This document shows, piece by piece, positions 63,908 to 64,000 of a stretch of DNA of 64,000 nucleotides; the stretch's first letter is position 1; every line of letters starts with the position of its first letter. The DNA is taken from assembly GCA_030324005.1 (NCBI GenBank), contig JARDVH010000025.1, positions 120,095,670 to 120,159,669 of the forward strand. Direction: 5' to 3'. Under the pieces are notes generated by a model. The model saw nothing but the letters and a program-made list of their open reading frames with translations, did not search any database and had not been told where the DNA came from. The position numbers and the translations under genes were made by a program. The DNA comes from Negaprion brevirostris (taxonomy: Eukaryota).

Positions 63908-64000
63908 CTAAGTGAAGAAAGAATTCATGCAATGAACAAGGATAATGCATGGAAATTTTTATCAACCTAATGCCCAAGGTACTGCGACTGCGACAGAATT

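Noticed and set aside
1-64000. CRISPR arrays, rRNA, bona fide tRNA genes, V(D)J recombination signals at Ig exons
   Set aside because: None seen; tRNA-like motifs are SINE/LINE heads and the Ig exons end in ordinary splice donors

Overview
Vertebrate genomic DNA, most likely an elasmobranch (shark/ray) judging by HE1-type SINEs and CR1 tails. It is a gapped draft assembly with no prokaryotic features. Two convergent immune-receptor-like loci sit in introns rich in CR1, Rex1-like, Gypsy and SINE relics. (1) On the minus strand (63907->27518; the 5' end lies beyond the window) are 19 phase-1/phase-1 exons forming a strict repeat: [SRCR type A - SRCR type B - Ig] x6 plus one more SRCR-A, i.e. 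13 group-B SRCR domains and 6 Ig domains. Two frameshift-damaged SRCR exons follow at about 17.9 kb and 17.0 kb, and no transmembrane exon is recognisable. (2) On the plus strand (1558->8177; the 5' end is upstream) is the 3' end of a paralogous receptor: a 306-nt Ig exon of the same family, a 93-nt Cys/N-glycan-rich stalk exon, and a terminal exon encoding YMEPLIRMSLSGVFVLLSLIFIGEY plus a short tail. That Arg-containing transmembrane segment closely resembles those of FcR-gamma-coupled activating receptors of the leukocyte receptor complex (LILRA, FCAR, NCR1, GP6, OSCAR). The Ig domains themselves also look LRC-type, with no C-strand Trp. The best candidate for a new system is a chimeric SRCR/LRC-type-Ig receptor family in cartilaginous fish with an activating member. 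Exon boundaries were read by eye from AG/GT sites. Repeat boundaries are approximate and repeat family names come from recognition, not database search.
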